From Trichlorobacter lovleyi SZ (GTDB taxonomy: Bacteria; Desulfobacterota; Desulfuromonadia; Geobacterales; Pseudopelobacteraceae): a stretch of DNA of 32,000 nucleotides. The DNA is taken from NCBI RefSeq assembly GCF_000020385.1, contig NC_010814.1, positions 1,140,001 to 1,172,000 of the forward strand, read 5' to 3'. Positions 14,718-22,753 of this stretch are shown piece by piece; position 1 is the stretch's first letter; each line of letters starts with the position of its first letter. Position numbers and translations under genes: made by a program. Under the pieces are notes generated by a model. The model was not told the origin of the DNA, made no database searches, and was given only the letters and a program-made list of their open reading frames with translations.

Positions 14718-16119
14718 GGTTCTTCCGCAGAATTTATGGGTAACTGACCTGCCGAAGATGGTCTGAGCAGCTACCTGGTGAACGAAATAGAGCATCCCGC
14801 CTACAAATCTGTCATTGTGTGTTTCGACCAAGAAACCCAATACAGACAAGGAGAGCGGGATGCAGCTCAAGTCTATACTGAATTTCGTTCAACCGCATCA
14901 AGGTTTTGTGTATGGCGCTGTCCACCAGCGAAACAAGGGACAGCGCACGGTCCTTGACATTGAGATCCGCCCCCGCAAGAACAGGCAGCCTGTCTGTTCC
15001 AGATGCGGCAAACCTGGTCCCGGCTATGACACCTTGCCTGTGCGCCGGTTTGAGTTCGTGCCGCTATGGGGCATTGCCGTGTTCTTCCTCTACGCCATGC
15101 GCCGGGTCAGTTGCCCATCCTGCGGTGTGAAGGTGGAACAAGTCCCCTGGGCCACCGGCAAGAACCACCTGACCACCACCTATGCCTGGTTCCTGGCCCG
15201 CTGGGCCAGGCGGTTGTCGTGGAAGGAAGTGGGGCAAGTGTTTCAGACCAGTTGGGACAACGTCTTCCGCTCGGTCAAAATGGCCGTTGCCTGGGGACTG
15301 GCCCACCGCGACCTCGACACCATAACCGCCATCGGCATCGACGAGATTGCCTGGAAAAAGGGGCACAAGTACCTGACCCTGGTTTACCAGATCGATGCCG
15401 GATGCAAACGCCTGCTGTGGGTCGGCAAGGAGCGGACCCAGAAAACGTTGCGGCAGTTCTTCAAGGAGTTTGGCAAAGAGCGAACAGCACACCTTCGGTT
15501 CATCTGCAGCGACATGTGGAAGCCATACCTGCGGATCGTCGCCGAGGTTGCAGGTCAAGCCATGCATATCCTTGACCGGTTCCATGTCATGACCCACTTC
15601 GGCAAAGCTGTCGACAAGGTCCGGGCAACGGAAGCCAGAGAACTGAAAGCCAAGGGCCAGGAACCGGTGCTGACCGGTAGCCGCTGGTGCCTGCTCAAAC
15701 GGCCTGAACACCTGACGGAGAAGCAGAGCATCAAGCTGAATGAACTGCTGGCCATTAACTTGAAAACCGTCCGGGCCTATCTCCTCAAAGAGGAGTTCCA
15801 GTTCTTCTGGCGCTATGCCACTGCGGGCTGGGCTGCCAGATTTCTGGATGCTTGGTGCAAAAGAACCATGAGGTCACGCATCATCCCGATGAAGAAGATT
15901 GCCAAGATGCTGCGCTCGCATCGGGAGCTGTTACTCAACTGGTTTCGGACCAAAGGGCAGGTTGCCTTGGGGGCCGTAGAAGGATTCAACAACAAGGCTA
16001 AAGTGACCTCACGTAAAGCATACGGTTTCAGAAACTTTGAAGTGATGAAAATCGCCTTGTATCATACACTTGGCAACCTGCCAGAACCTGAGGCTACCCA
16101 CAGATTCTGCTGAAGAGCC
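14718..16119 (+). mobile_element. Complete ISL3-family insertion sequence (1402 bp)
   Basis: The left end is GGTTCTTCCGCAGAATTTATGGGTA. The reverse complement of the right end is GGCTCTTCAGCAGAATCTGTGGGTA, matching at 21 of 25 positions. The element carries a single transposase ORF and has an 8-bp direct repeat, as expected for ISL3. Its GC content is close to the host's, unlike the AT-rich gene it interrupts. Confidence 0.9.
14860..16113 (+). CDS. ISL3-family transposase (417 aa)
   Basis: N-terminal zinc finger (CSRCGKPGPGYD...CPSCGV), then a DDE-type body (GIDEIAWKKGHKYLTLVYQID...ICSDMWKPYL...DRFHV...). SD AAGGAGAG precedes ATG 14860; the track's 14815 start adds 15 unlikely residues. The stop lies inside the right IR. 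Confidence 0.9.
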   Translation: MQLKSILNFVQPHQGFVYGAVHQRNKGQRTVLDIEIRPRKNRQPVCSRCGKPGPGYDTLPVRRFEFVPLWGIAVFFLYAMRRVSCPSCGVKVEQVPWATGKNHLTTTYAWFLARWARRLSWKEVGQVFQTSWDNVFRSVKMAVAWGLAHRDLDTITAIGIDEIAWKKGHKYLTLVYQIDAGCKRLLWVGKERTQKTLRQFFKEFGKERTAHLRFICSDMWKPYLRIVAEVAGQAMHILDRFHVMTHFGKAVDKVRATEARELKAKGQEPVLTGSRWCLLKRPEHLTEKQSIKLNELLAINLKTVRAYLLKEEFQFFWRYATAGWAARFLDAWCKRTMRSRIIPMKKIAKMLRSHRELLLNWFRTKGQVALGAVEGFNNKAKVTSRKAYGFRNFEVMKIALYHTLGNLPEPEATHRFC

Positions 16120-16127
16120 TAATTTTT
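16120..16127. repeat. Target-site duplication, right copy (TAATTTTT)
   Basis: See the left copy at 14710-14717. Confidence 0.85.
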
Positions 16128-16184
16128 TTGGCTTATTCGTTTTAGAAATTTTCTGTCGGGATATTTATCGTTTTCAGCACACAT
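16128..16184 (-). pseudogene. Orphaned 5' end (first ~19 codons) of the AP2-like/HNH nuclease gene
   Basis: The minus strand reads GGGAG-N8-ATG (16184..16182) TGT GCT GAA AAC GAT AAA TAT CCC GAC AGA AAA TTT CTA AAA CGA ATA AGC CAA. This runs in frame through one TSD copy into ...KNYKAWQFACERLGFFE at 14709 and below. Confidence 0.75.
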
Positions 16185-16203
16185 TTACTAGTCTCCCACG
16201 CCT

Positions 16204-19200
16204 TTACGCTATCGCCTCCGCTAGCTTCTTCAGCCCCTTCAGATCCAGCTTGCCGCTACCCAGTAGCGGTATCGCTTCAGCTGCCACCAACAACGACGGT
16301 TTCCAAAGGTTGGGCAGTTCTGCCTGTTCAATGGCCTGTTTAACCTTGGCCTCATCAAGTTGGGTCTGATCAAAGACCACGGCGATCCGCTCCCCCTTTT
16401 TCTCATCCGGCACTGCCGTGACAGCCAGCAGCAGGTCAGTGCTGGCCAGGGCTGCCAGCAGCCGTTCCTCCACGGCACCGTGGGGGATCATCTCGCCGCC
16501 GATCTTGCTGAAGCGGGCCAGACGATCGGTGATCACCACAAAGCCCTGCTCATTGATGTAGCCGATATCGCCGGTGTTGTACCAGCCATTGCGGATCACC
16601 TTGGCGGTCTCGTCCGGTTTGCCCAGGTAGCCGGTCATCAGGTTGGGGCCAGATACCTCGATCAGGCCCGGCTGGCCATCAGCCAGCAGTGTGCCGCTGT
16701 CCGGGTCGCTGATCCGTACCGCCACGCCAGGGATCGGCCTGCCCACGCTGCCTGACAGTTGCCCTTTCTGGCGGATGCCGCCGATCTCCACATCCGGGAT
16801 GTTGAGGGAGATAACCGGCGAGAGTTCAGTGGCGCCGTAGCCTTCCAGCGGGCGCAGCTTGAACTTCTCTTCAAAGGCATTGGCCAGTTCGGTCTTGAGC
16901 TTTTCAGCACCGGTGATCACCAGCCGCAGGGATCTGAAATCCTCTGGAGATGCCTTGCGCAGATAGGCTGACAGGAAAGTGGGGGTGGCAATCAGGATGG
17001 TGGCCTTTTCATTGCGCACCAGTTTGACCACCTGGGTCGCCTCCAGCGGGTTGCTGTGGCAGGCCGATGAGAAACCGGACAAGAGCGGCAGCCAGAGCGT
17101 GCCGGTAAAGCCCAGGGAGTGGAACAACGGCAGCACCGCCGCCACCCGGTCGTTCTGGTCCGGCTGGAACACGGCCCGCAGCGCTTCAATATTGGAGAGG
17201 ATGTTGTGGTGCGACAGCATGACCCCTTTGGGGGTTCCGGTGCTGCCGGAGGAAAAGATGATGGTGGCGGTGTCATCCGGGGCCGGGTTGTCGGCCACCA
17301 GGGTTGCCAGCGGTGCCAGTCTGGCAGCAGCCAGCGCCTTCAGTTTTTCCAGTGATCCCAGCCCTTGCATAACCTCTTCCAGCAGGATGATCCGTTCCGG
17401 CATCGGCAGGTCAGGCAGTTTCTCCAAGACCTTTTTAGAGGTGACCACGCAGCTGATCTCTGCCTGTTCCAGGGATGAGGCAAAGGCATCCCGTGAAGCG
17501 GTGTAGTTCAGGTTAACCGGCACCTTAGCCAGCAGGGTCAGGGCGATGTTGGCGGTAAAGCCGGCCACGGAAGGGGGTAGCAGTATCCCCACCTGTTTGC
17601 CGGACAGCAGCGGCTGTAGCCGGTTTTTGACCAGCAGGCTGCCGGTCAGCAACTGGCCGTAGGTCAGGCTTTTCCCGGTGGTGTCGTTGACCGCCGGGTG
17701 AGACCAGTTGCTGCGGGCAGTGCGGACAAAGGCATCAGCCAACGGCAGGCGCTGGTCTTTGCGGGCCTCAAAGTAGCGCACTGACAGCTCCATTACGGCA
17801 GTGCGGGCCTGGGCTGCCTGATCAGCAGCCAGCGGCGTGCCGAACAGGATATGCATGGGATAACGGTTCAGGTAGATATGTCGGTTGCGGGCATAGCTGA
17901 AGATGTTGCCCCAGGCGCCGCCGATGTAGGCCGGAATGATCGGTACACCGGTTGCCTGGGCGATCTTGGCAAAGCCGGGCCGGAAGGCGTTCAGGCTGCC
18001 GTGGCGGGTGATCTCCCCCTCGGCAAAGATGCAGACCAGATAGCCTTCATCCAGCACCTGTTTGGTGGCGCGCAGGAACTCCTTGAACCCGGCAATGCCA
18101 TCTTTGGCAGAGACTGGAATTACCCCCATCAGTTTGAAGAGTGGGTTCAGGGCCGGGGTCTCGTAGATGCTGCGGTCCATCACAAAGCGGATGCGGCGGG
18201 TCTGGGTGGCCACCAGCAGCAGGGCATCAATCCAGGAGACATGGTTGGCCACCAGCAGGGCCGGGCCATCCAGCGGTACATTGTCCCTGCCATCCACCCG
18301 GATCTTGTACAGCAGGTGCATCACCACCAGGGCCACAAAGCGCAGCAGGAAATCCGGCAGGTAACGGATGGTGACCAGGGTCAGCAGCAGGGTCATGACC
18401 CCCATCACACTGAACCCCTGGGCAGCGGTCATCTGCAGCGGCCCGCTGAACAGAAAGGTCAGGGCAGAAGCGATCAGGATGCCGACCCAGTTGATAAAGC
18501 TGGAAGCGGCCAGTACCTCACCCCTGATCTCGGCCTCGGCCCGCATCTGAATAAAGGTCTGCAGCGGCAGGGAGAACAGACCGGCGCTGATGCCGAACAA
18601 CAGGATGATGGCCAGTACGGTGGGCAGATGGGCAGGCGCATTGTGCAGCAGTACCGGCGCAATGGTCAGGCCGATGGCCCCCAGCGGCACGATGCCGAAC
18701 TCCACATCCTTGCCGGACAGCTTGGCTGCCAGCAATGAGCCGCCGGCAATGCCGAAGGCAGAAGCCAGAAAGAGGTAGCCGCTTTTGGCTTCATCAAGCC
18801 CCAGTTGCTGGATGCCGTAGCCGATCAGGTTAAGCTGGGTAAAGGCCCCCACCAGCATGAACCAGGCCAGGCCGGTAATGGCCAGCATCAGCCAGTGGTC
18901 ATGCTTGATATGCTGCAGGGTACGCAGGATTTCGGCCGGGAAGAGACGGATCGGGCGATTAGGCGCGACAGCCGCAACCTTTGGCAGGCGCAGGGCAGAG
19001 ATCAGGCCGATGATGGCAACCGCCAGGCAGAAGCAGGCAGCCAGCCAGAAACGGCCGCCCACTGCCTGGGTCAGGGCCGAGGCCAGGGTGGTGCCGAAGA
19101 TGATTGCCAGAAAGGTGAAGGATTCGATCAGGCCATTGGCCCGGGATAGCTCATCGCGGGGGGCCAGTTCAGGGATGATGCCATATTTGGCCGGGGCAAA

Positions 19201-19548
19201 AAAGGCGCTGTGGGTGGCCATCAAAAACAGTACCCCGTACAACCCCCATTCAAGCCTCAGGGCAAAGGTTAGTACAGCCAGGGCGGTAACGATCACCTCC
19301 AGCAGCTTGACCGCTACGCTGACCCGTGCCTTGCTGAAACGGTCGGACAGGCAGCCGGCCGGAGCTGAAAAGAGCAGAAACGGTAGCACAAAGGCCACGC
19401 CGGCACAGGCGGTGATGATGCCGGCCCTGTTGGCCCCCTGATGGTGGATCAGGAAGAAGATGATCAGCAGCTTCAGGATGTTGTCATTCATCGCCCCCAG
19501 AAACTGGGTCAGGTTCAGGGCCGGCAGGCCGGCAGGCAGTTTGGACAT
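16204..19548 (-). CDS. aas: Triple-domain LplT(MFS)-PlsC acyltransferase-acyl-ACP synthetase fusion (lysophospholipid transporter / 2-acyl-GPE acyltransferase / Aas type)
   Basis: 1114 aa. The N-terminal ~400 aa form a 12-TM MFS domain. The central part has the HX4D acyltransferase block (LVANHVSWIDALLL ... FAEGEITRHG). The C-terminal part is an AMP-binding domain (IIFSSGSTGTPKGVMLSHHN ... GWYNTGDIG ... GKLDLKGLKKLA). Confidence 0.9.
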   Translation of the reverse strand: MSKLPAGLPALNLTQFLGAMNDNILKLLIIFFLIHHQGANRAGIITACAGVAFVLPFLLFSAPAGCLSDRFSKARVSVAVKLLEVIVTALAVLTFALRLEWGLYGVLFLMATHSAFFAPAKYGIIPELAPRDELSRANGLIESFTFLAIIFGTTLASALTQAVGGRFWLAACFCLAVAIIGLISALRLPKVAAVAPNRPIRLFPAEILRTLQHIKHDHWLMLAITGLAWFMLVGAFTQLNLIGYGIQQLGLDEAKSGYLFLASAFGIAGGSLLAAKLSGKDVEFGIVPLGAIGLTIAPVLLHNAPAHLPTVLAIILLFGISAGLFSLPLQTFIQMRAEAEIRGEVLAASSFINWVGILIASALTFLFSGPLQMTAAQGFSVMGVMTLLLTLVTIRYLPDFLLRFVALVVMHLLYKIRVDGRDNVPLDGPALLVANHVSWIDALLLVATQTRRIRFVMDRSIYETPALNPLFKLMGVIPVSAKDGIAGFKEFLRATKQVLDEGYLVCIFAEGEITRHGSLNAFRPGFAKIAQATGVPIIPAYIGGAWGNIFSYARNRHIYLNRYPMHILFGTPLAADQAAQARTAVMELSVRYFEARKDQRLPLADAFVRTARSNWSHPAVNDTTGKSLTYGQLLTGSLLVKNRLQPLLSGKQVGILLPPSVAGFTANIALTLLAKVPVNLNYTASRDAFASSLEQAEISCVVTSKKVLEKLPDLPMPERIILLEEVMQGLGSLEKLKALAAARLAPLATLVADNPAPDDTATIIFSSGSTGTPKGVMLSHHNILSNIEALRAVFQPDQNDRVAAVLPLFHSLGFTGTLWLPLLSGFSSACHSNPLEATQVVKLVRNEKATILIATPTFLSAYLRKASPEDFRSLRLVITGAEKLKTELANAFEEKFKLRPLEGYGATELSPVISLNIPDVEIGGIRQKGQLSGSVGRPIPGVAVRISDPDSGTLLADGQPGLIEVSGPNLMTGYLGKPDETAKVIRNGWYNTGDIGYINEQGFVVITDRLARFSKIGGEMIPHGAVEERLLAALASTDLLLAVTAVPDEKKGERIAVVFDQTQLDEAKVKQAIEQAELPNLWKPSLLVAAEAIPLLGSGKLDLKGLKKLAEAIA

Positions 19549-19610
19549 GGTCGTTCCCCGTGGTGAAGTTGAAACAATCTATATACCAGATTAGTTGCAA
19601 ATAGCGAATG

Positions 19611-19781
19611 CTAGCCCCGCATCAGGGGGCCCTGGGCCAGCCCCTTCAACGCCCCGGAGGCGATTCTCTTTACAGTGCGCCTGCTGTGGTGCCTTTTAAT
19701 GGTCTCGGAGAGGATGGCGATGGTCATCAGCAGGATCAGTGGGGTTGTTGCTACCAGTACTCGTAAGGTCAGTGTTTGCAT
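19611..19781 (-). CDS. Small single-TM protein (56 aa), leader gene upstream of aas
   Basis: MQTLTLRVLVATTPLILLMTIAILSETIKRHHSRRTVKRIASGALKGLAQGPLMRG. SD AAGGAGG lies 5 nt before ATG 19781. I reject the track's upstream start at 19850 because it would lie upstream of the sigma-54 promoter. It shares its layout (N-terminal TM, then a basic T-I-E/K-H/R-H/R-R segment) and its SD context with the 5451-5651 gene. Confidence 0.6.
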   Translation of the reverse strand: MQTLTLRVLVATTPLILLMTIAILSETIKRHHSRRTVKRIASGALKGLAQGPLMRG

Positions 19782-19815
19782 GGCGTCCTCCTTAGCTGTT
19801 CTTGCTGTTGTGATT

Positions 19816-19832
19816 AGCAGGGAGGGTGCCAA
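19816..19832 (-). promoter_or_regulatory. Sigma-54 (-24/-12) promoter
   Basis: The minus strand reads TTGGCAC-CCTCC-CTGCT, with TGGCAC at 19831..19826 and CTGCT at 19820..19816. The GG and GC dinucleotides have the correct spacing. The site lies about 35 nt upstream of ATG 19781. Confidence 0.6.
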
Positions 19833-19967
19833 GTCGTGCATCTGTTGCAACTGGCTTTATTTGTTGTTCTATTTTCATGCGTTGCTGAAATGTTGTGATG
19901 GTAGTTGTGGTACGCGCTGTACATAATATGTCGTTGGCTTGTTCAATCTATGTCGTGTATGGCGTGC

Positions 19968-19996
19968 TTGCCAATGTTCTGCAGTGGCGCTATGCT
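19968..19996 (+). promoter_or_regulatory. Sigma-70-like promoter for the 20004 gene; possible leaderless transcript
   Basis: TTGCCA (19968-19973), a 17-nt spacer, TATGCT (19991-19996), then 7 nt to ATG 20004, which has no SD. Confidence 0.3.
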
Positions 19997-20003
19997 ATGC
20001 GGC

Positions 20004-20462
20004 ATGGAAACCAAGGGACCGGCAGCATTCAAATACAAGCAGGAAGGCGGCAGCAACGTGCTGGTATGGGTGGTGTTGATCACCAGCCTGATTGTCTCGT
20101 TCATTGCCACTGCCAACCTTGGTCCCTGGTGGCTGCTGGGGTTGCTGCTGCCGCTGGGGATTGCCATCTACCTGATTCGCGAAGGGATGCGTAAAACCCT
20201 GATCATCGCCCCGCGCTACCTGATTGTGGGGGATGGGATCATCTACTACAGTACCGTTGCCAAGGCCCAGTTGGATCGCCGGAAACAGGTCCTGACCCTG
20301 GTTTCAGAACGGGGCAAGCGGCTGGCCATCGAGGCGGAAAAGTTTCCCACCAACGCCCGCAAGGATTTCAAGATCAAGGCCAACAAGACCGCCAAATTTG
20401 ACAAGGTTTGCGAAAAGGTCCTGGCACGGCTTTCAGGAGTAACCCCTGATATCATCGGCTGA
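20004..20462 (+). CDS. Two-TM membrane protein with a ~90-aa cytoplasmic beta-rich (possibly bacterial PH-like) C-terminal domain
   Basis: METKGPAAFKYKQEGGSNVLVWVVLITSLIVSFIATANLGPWWLLGLLLPLGIAIYLIREG..., then RYLIVGDGIIYYSTVAKAQLDRRKQVLTLVSERGKRLAIEAEKF. The start is uncertain: 20004 is preferred, 19992 is possible, and the track's 19905 start gives a Cys/Met-rich extension over the divergent promoter region. Confidence 0.65.
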   Translation: METKGPAAFKYKQEGGSNVLVWVVLITSLIVSFIATANLGPWWLLGLLLPLGIAIYLIREGMRKTLIIAPRYLIVGDGIIYYSTVAKAQLDRRKQVLTLVSERGKRLAIEAEKFPTNARKDFKIKANKTAKFDKVCEKVLARLSGVTPDIIG

Positions 20463-20496
20463 CAATAGCCTTGTCATCCGGCAGTTTTCCCGGCAT

Positions 20497-22320
20497 GTGC
20501 ACTTGCTGTATGTGCCCACCCTCTGCTGCAACCTTTCCTGCCGTTATTGTTATCTTGGCAGCCAGACCGATCCAACCACCCTGAAGCTGGATGCAGGCAG
20601 GGCAGTGGCTACCTTGCAGCAGGCACTGCAGAGGCTTCTGGATACCGGTGTTCTGCCGTTTAATGTCTCACTGCATGGTGGTGAGGTGACCACCCTGCCT
20701 GTAAAGGTACTGGATCAGCTGTTCAGCACCATCAATCGCCACTATCTGGATCACTTTGATCAACTGAACGCCCTGGGGTATCGCAAGTCAGCCCCCCATC
20801 TCAAGACTAACCTGTTTAACTTCCATAAGCTGTATGACCTGTTTGACCAGCACCGGGTCTCCATCAGCGCCAGCATTGATCTGCCGTTGTCCCTGCATGC
20901 CAAATACCGCACTGATCACCGGGGGCGATCCTGGTTGAACCGCACCATTGAAAACCTGCGCCTGCTGGCCCGTTATCCCCACAACAAAAAGATCTCTGCT
21001 ACGCTCTACCATGAGCATCTGCAGGATATCCCGGCCTTGATCGATGCTATCTGGACCATTCACCGTGAGCTGGGCTTTGACATGAATAATTTCAATATCA
21101 TGTTCGGGTTCGGGTCAGAGCTGAACTGCCGGAAATTCAGTGGGCAGCCTGAACTTGGGCTACAGCAGGCCTCTGAAGCTGAACAGCTGGCCCTGTACCA
21201 TGCCCTGCAGGATGCCTTTAGTGGTACGGAACTTGAGGAAGGGTTGCGGCGGAACTGGTTTGATGAGTTCAAGCCCAGCTACTGCACCAATGCCTTTAAC
21301 TGTGGTGAGCGGTTTTATCTGCTGCAGTCCGATGGTACGGTCTGGTCCTGTGTGCGGGGGCAGGGGGTGGAGCAACTGCAGTACGGCAACATCTTTACTG
21401 ACCGGGTGCAGGATATCCTGGCTGAAGGCAGCCGCCGGGTCCGGCTGCTGCACCAGCAACAGGGGCTTGATCCTGACTGCCGGGCCTGCGAGTATCTGCA
21501 GATCTGCCATACCGGCTGCCCGGCAGTCAAGCTGCAGAACCGCTCCGGCAAATCCTACACCTGTGCCCTGCAAAAGGCGATCTATCGGGATAATCCTGCC
21601 TCGTACCCGCCGCTCGGGCCGCTGGAGCAAGCGGCAGCAGCGCGGGAGTATCTGCTGGGGATGCACCCGGCCCTGCTGCAGGATGCGTTGACGCAGGAGC
21701 AGCCGAAGAACCCGGCGGTGTTGATCCCGGTAGAGCTGTACGAAGAATGGAACAGCCTGCAGGCCTTGATTGCGGCTGATCCGTTGCTGCTGCAGCTGTA
21801 CAGCCCGGATGCTATTGTGCTGGAGCTGAATGGCGAGCTGCTGCCACTGCAATCCCAGATTCTTGCTCCTCAGCGCAGTCTCTACAGTGTTGGGGCGGAT
21901 GATCGCCTGGTACTGCATGTCCGGCGCTCTCTGTTTGAGGCCAACTGCACGGAGCTGATCCGCAATACCCTGTATATCCAGCTCTTGCGGGATACCACGG
22001 TGGTCTATGGTGATGAACAGCGCAGCAAGCAGGAACATCTGATCACCCACCAGATCTTTCACAACCTGCTGCAGCCTGATCTGCTGCTGGGGGACGGGTG
22101 GCTGACCGCAGACCTGGCAGGGTTGCTGCAGTTAACCAGTCGGTATTTCATCAAAAATGTGCTTAATAATTTGTTCGTGACCACCGGCCAGCTTCGGGAG
22201 TATCATTATCAGAAGCAGAAAAACAACGCCTTCTATCATATTCAGGCCATCAATCTGCCGTTTCAAAACTTTGAATTTTACTGGGACAGCGAGACAGAAT
22301 ATGTCATCAAAAGATCTTGA
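20497..22320 (+). CDS. Radical SAM / SPASM-domain enzyme with an additional ~215-aa C-terminal region of unknown function
   Basis: CX3CX2C sits at residues 11-18 (CNLSCRYC, nt 20527-20550), followed by HGGEVT. The SPASM cysteines are CTNAFNCGERFYLLQSDGTVWSC ... CRACEYLQICHTGC (nt 21478-21519, CX2CX5CX3C) ... YTC. It starts at GTG 20497 with no clear SD, 34 nt after the previous stop. Confidence 0.88.
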   Translation: MHLLYVPTLCCNLSCRYCYLGSQTDPTTLKLDAGRAVATLQQALQRLLDTGVLPFNVSLHGGEVTTLPVKVLDQLFSTINRHYLDHFDQLNALGYRKSAPHLKTNLFNFHKLYDLFDQHRVSISASIDLPLSLHAKYRTDHRGRSWLNRTIENLRLLARYPHNKKISATLYHEHLQDIPALIDAIWTIHRELGFDMNNFNIMFGFGSELNCRKFSGQPELGLQQASEAEQLALYHALQDAFSGTELEEGLRRNWFDEFKPSYCTNAFNCGERFYLLQSDGTVWSCVRGQGVEQLQYGNIFTDRVQDILAEGSRRVRLLHQQQGLDPDCRACEYLQICHTGCPAVKLQNRSGKSYTCALQKAIYRDNPASYPPLGPLEQAAAAREYLLGMHPALLQDALTQEQPKNPAVLIPVELYEEWNSLQALIAADPLLLQLYSPDAIVLELNGELLPLQSQILAPQRSLYSVGADDRLVLHVRRSLFEANCTELIRNTLYIQLLRDTTVVYGDEQRSKQEHLITHQIFHNLLQPDLLLGDGWLTADLAGLLQLTSRYFIKNVLNNLFVTTGQLREYHYQKQKNNAFYHIQAINLPFQNFEFYWDSETEYVIKRS

Positions 22321-22753
22321 AAAAATTGCGGCAAATGTGGAGCGTTTCATGAATCTGGTGGGGATGCCGGATGATAAGAAACGGGTGCAGATAGAGGAGG
22401 AACTGGTGGGGCGGATGGCTGCCAGCGCGGATAAGAAACCATCGCTGGTCTATGCCCAGGATCATCTCTATCTCTATAACGGCAAAACCCTGGTCAAGGA
22501 CTATCCGGGCCTTGGGGCAAGCGGTGACCGGGTGCTGCAGTGCGATGCAAAGAAGATCTCAATCCTGGATCGTCAGGCCTTCCTGAATAACAAGACCATC
22601 CTGATTACCGGTGCCGTGGCAGCCACAGCCCTGGCAGGCGCGGCCCTGGCCGATGCAGAACAGCGTAAACGCCAGAGCAGCGGTGAAGTCTCCTACAGTA
22701 ACAACAATAATAACAATAACAACAACAATAATAATAACAACAATAACGGTTGA
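22301..22753 (+). CDS. Membrane-anchored protein (150 aa) ending in an Asn16-Gly tail
   Basis: MSSKDLEKIAANVERFMNLVG... forms a soluble N-domain of about 105 aa. It is followed by a TM helix ILITGAVAATALAGAALA, then DAEQRKRQSSGEVSYS-N16-G*. ATG 22301 overlaps the rSAM gene by 20 nt. The track's 22271 start lies deeper inside the rSAM gene. Confidence 0.65.
   Translation: MSSKDLEKIAANVERFMNLVGMPDDKKRVQIEEELVGRMAASADKKPSLVYAQDHLYLYNGKTLVKDYPGLGASGDRVLQCDAKKISILDRQAFLNNKTILITGAVAATALAGAALADAEQRKRQSSGEVSYSNNNNNNNNNNNNNNNNG
22700..22747 (+). repeat. 48-nt cryptic AAC/AAT codon repeat encoding 16 consecutive Asn
   Basis: aac aac aat aat aac aat aac aac aac aat aat aat aac aac aat aac, then ggt tga. 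This is a very AT-rich island inside GC-rich sequence, and the codon mix is irregular (not a perfect SSR). Confidence 0.95.

Noticed and set aside
13758-14870. The track's 370-aa ORF taken as an intact gene.
   Set aside because: Its first 51 codons (14718-14870) are the antisense of the IS left end. The true 5' end lies at 16128-16184. I therefore annotate it as an IS-disrupted gene.
19850-20003. Upstream start codons offered by the track: 19850 for the small TM gene, 19905 for the 2-TM gene, 5769 for the EBP, 8694 for the transglycosylase, 14815 for the transposase and 22271 for the Asn-tail gene.
   Set aside because: The extensions run through promoter or repeat DNA or the preceding gene. 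They lack an SD and add compositionally odd residues, whereas the internal starts have SDs, signal peptides or overlap coupling.
22700-22747. The AAC/AAT run, considered as a CRISPR-like or minisatellite array or a phase-variation SSR.
   Set aside because: It has no spacer structure. The unit is a single codon with an irregular AAC/AAT order, so it is a poor slippage substrate. It lies in frame within an ORF, so I treat it as a coding homopolymer.
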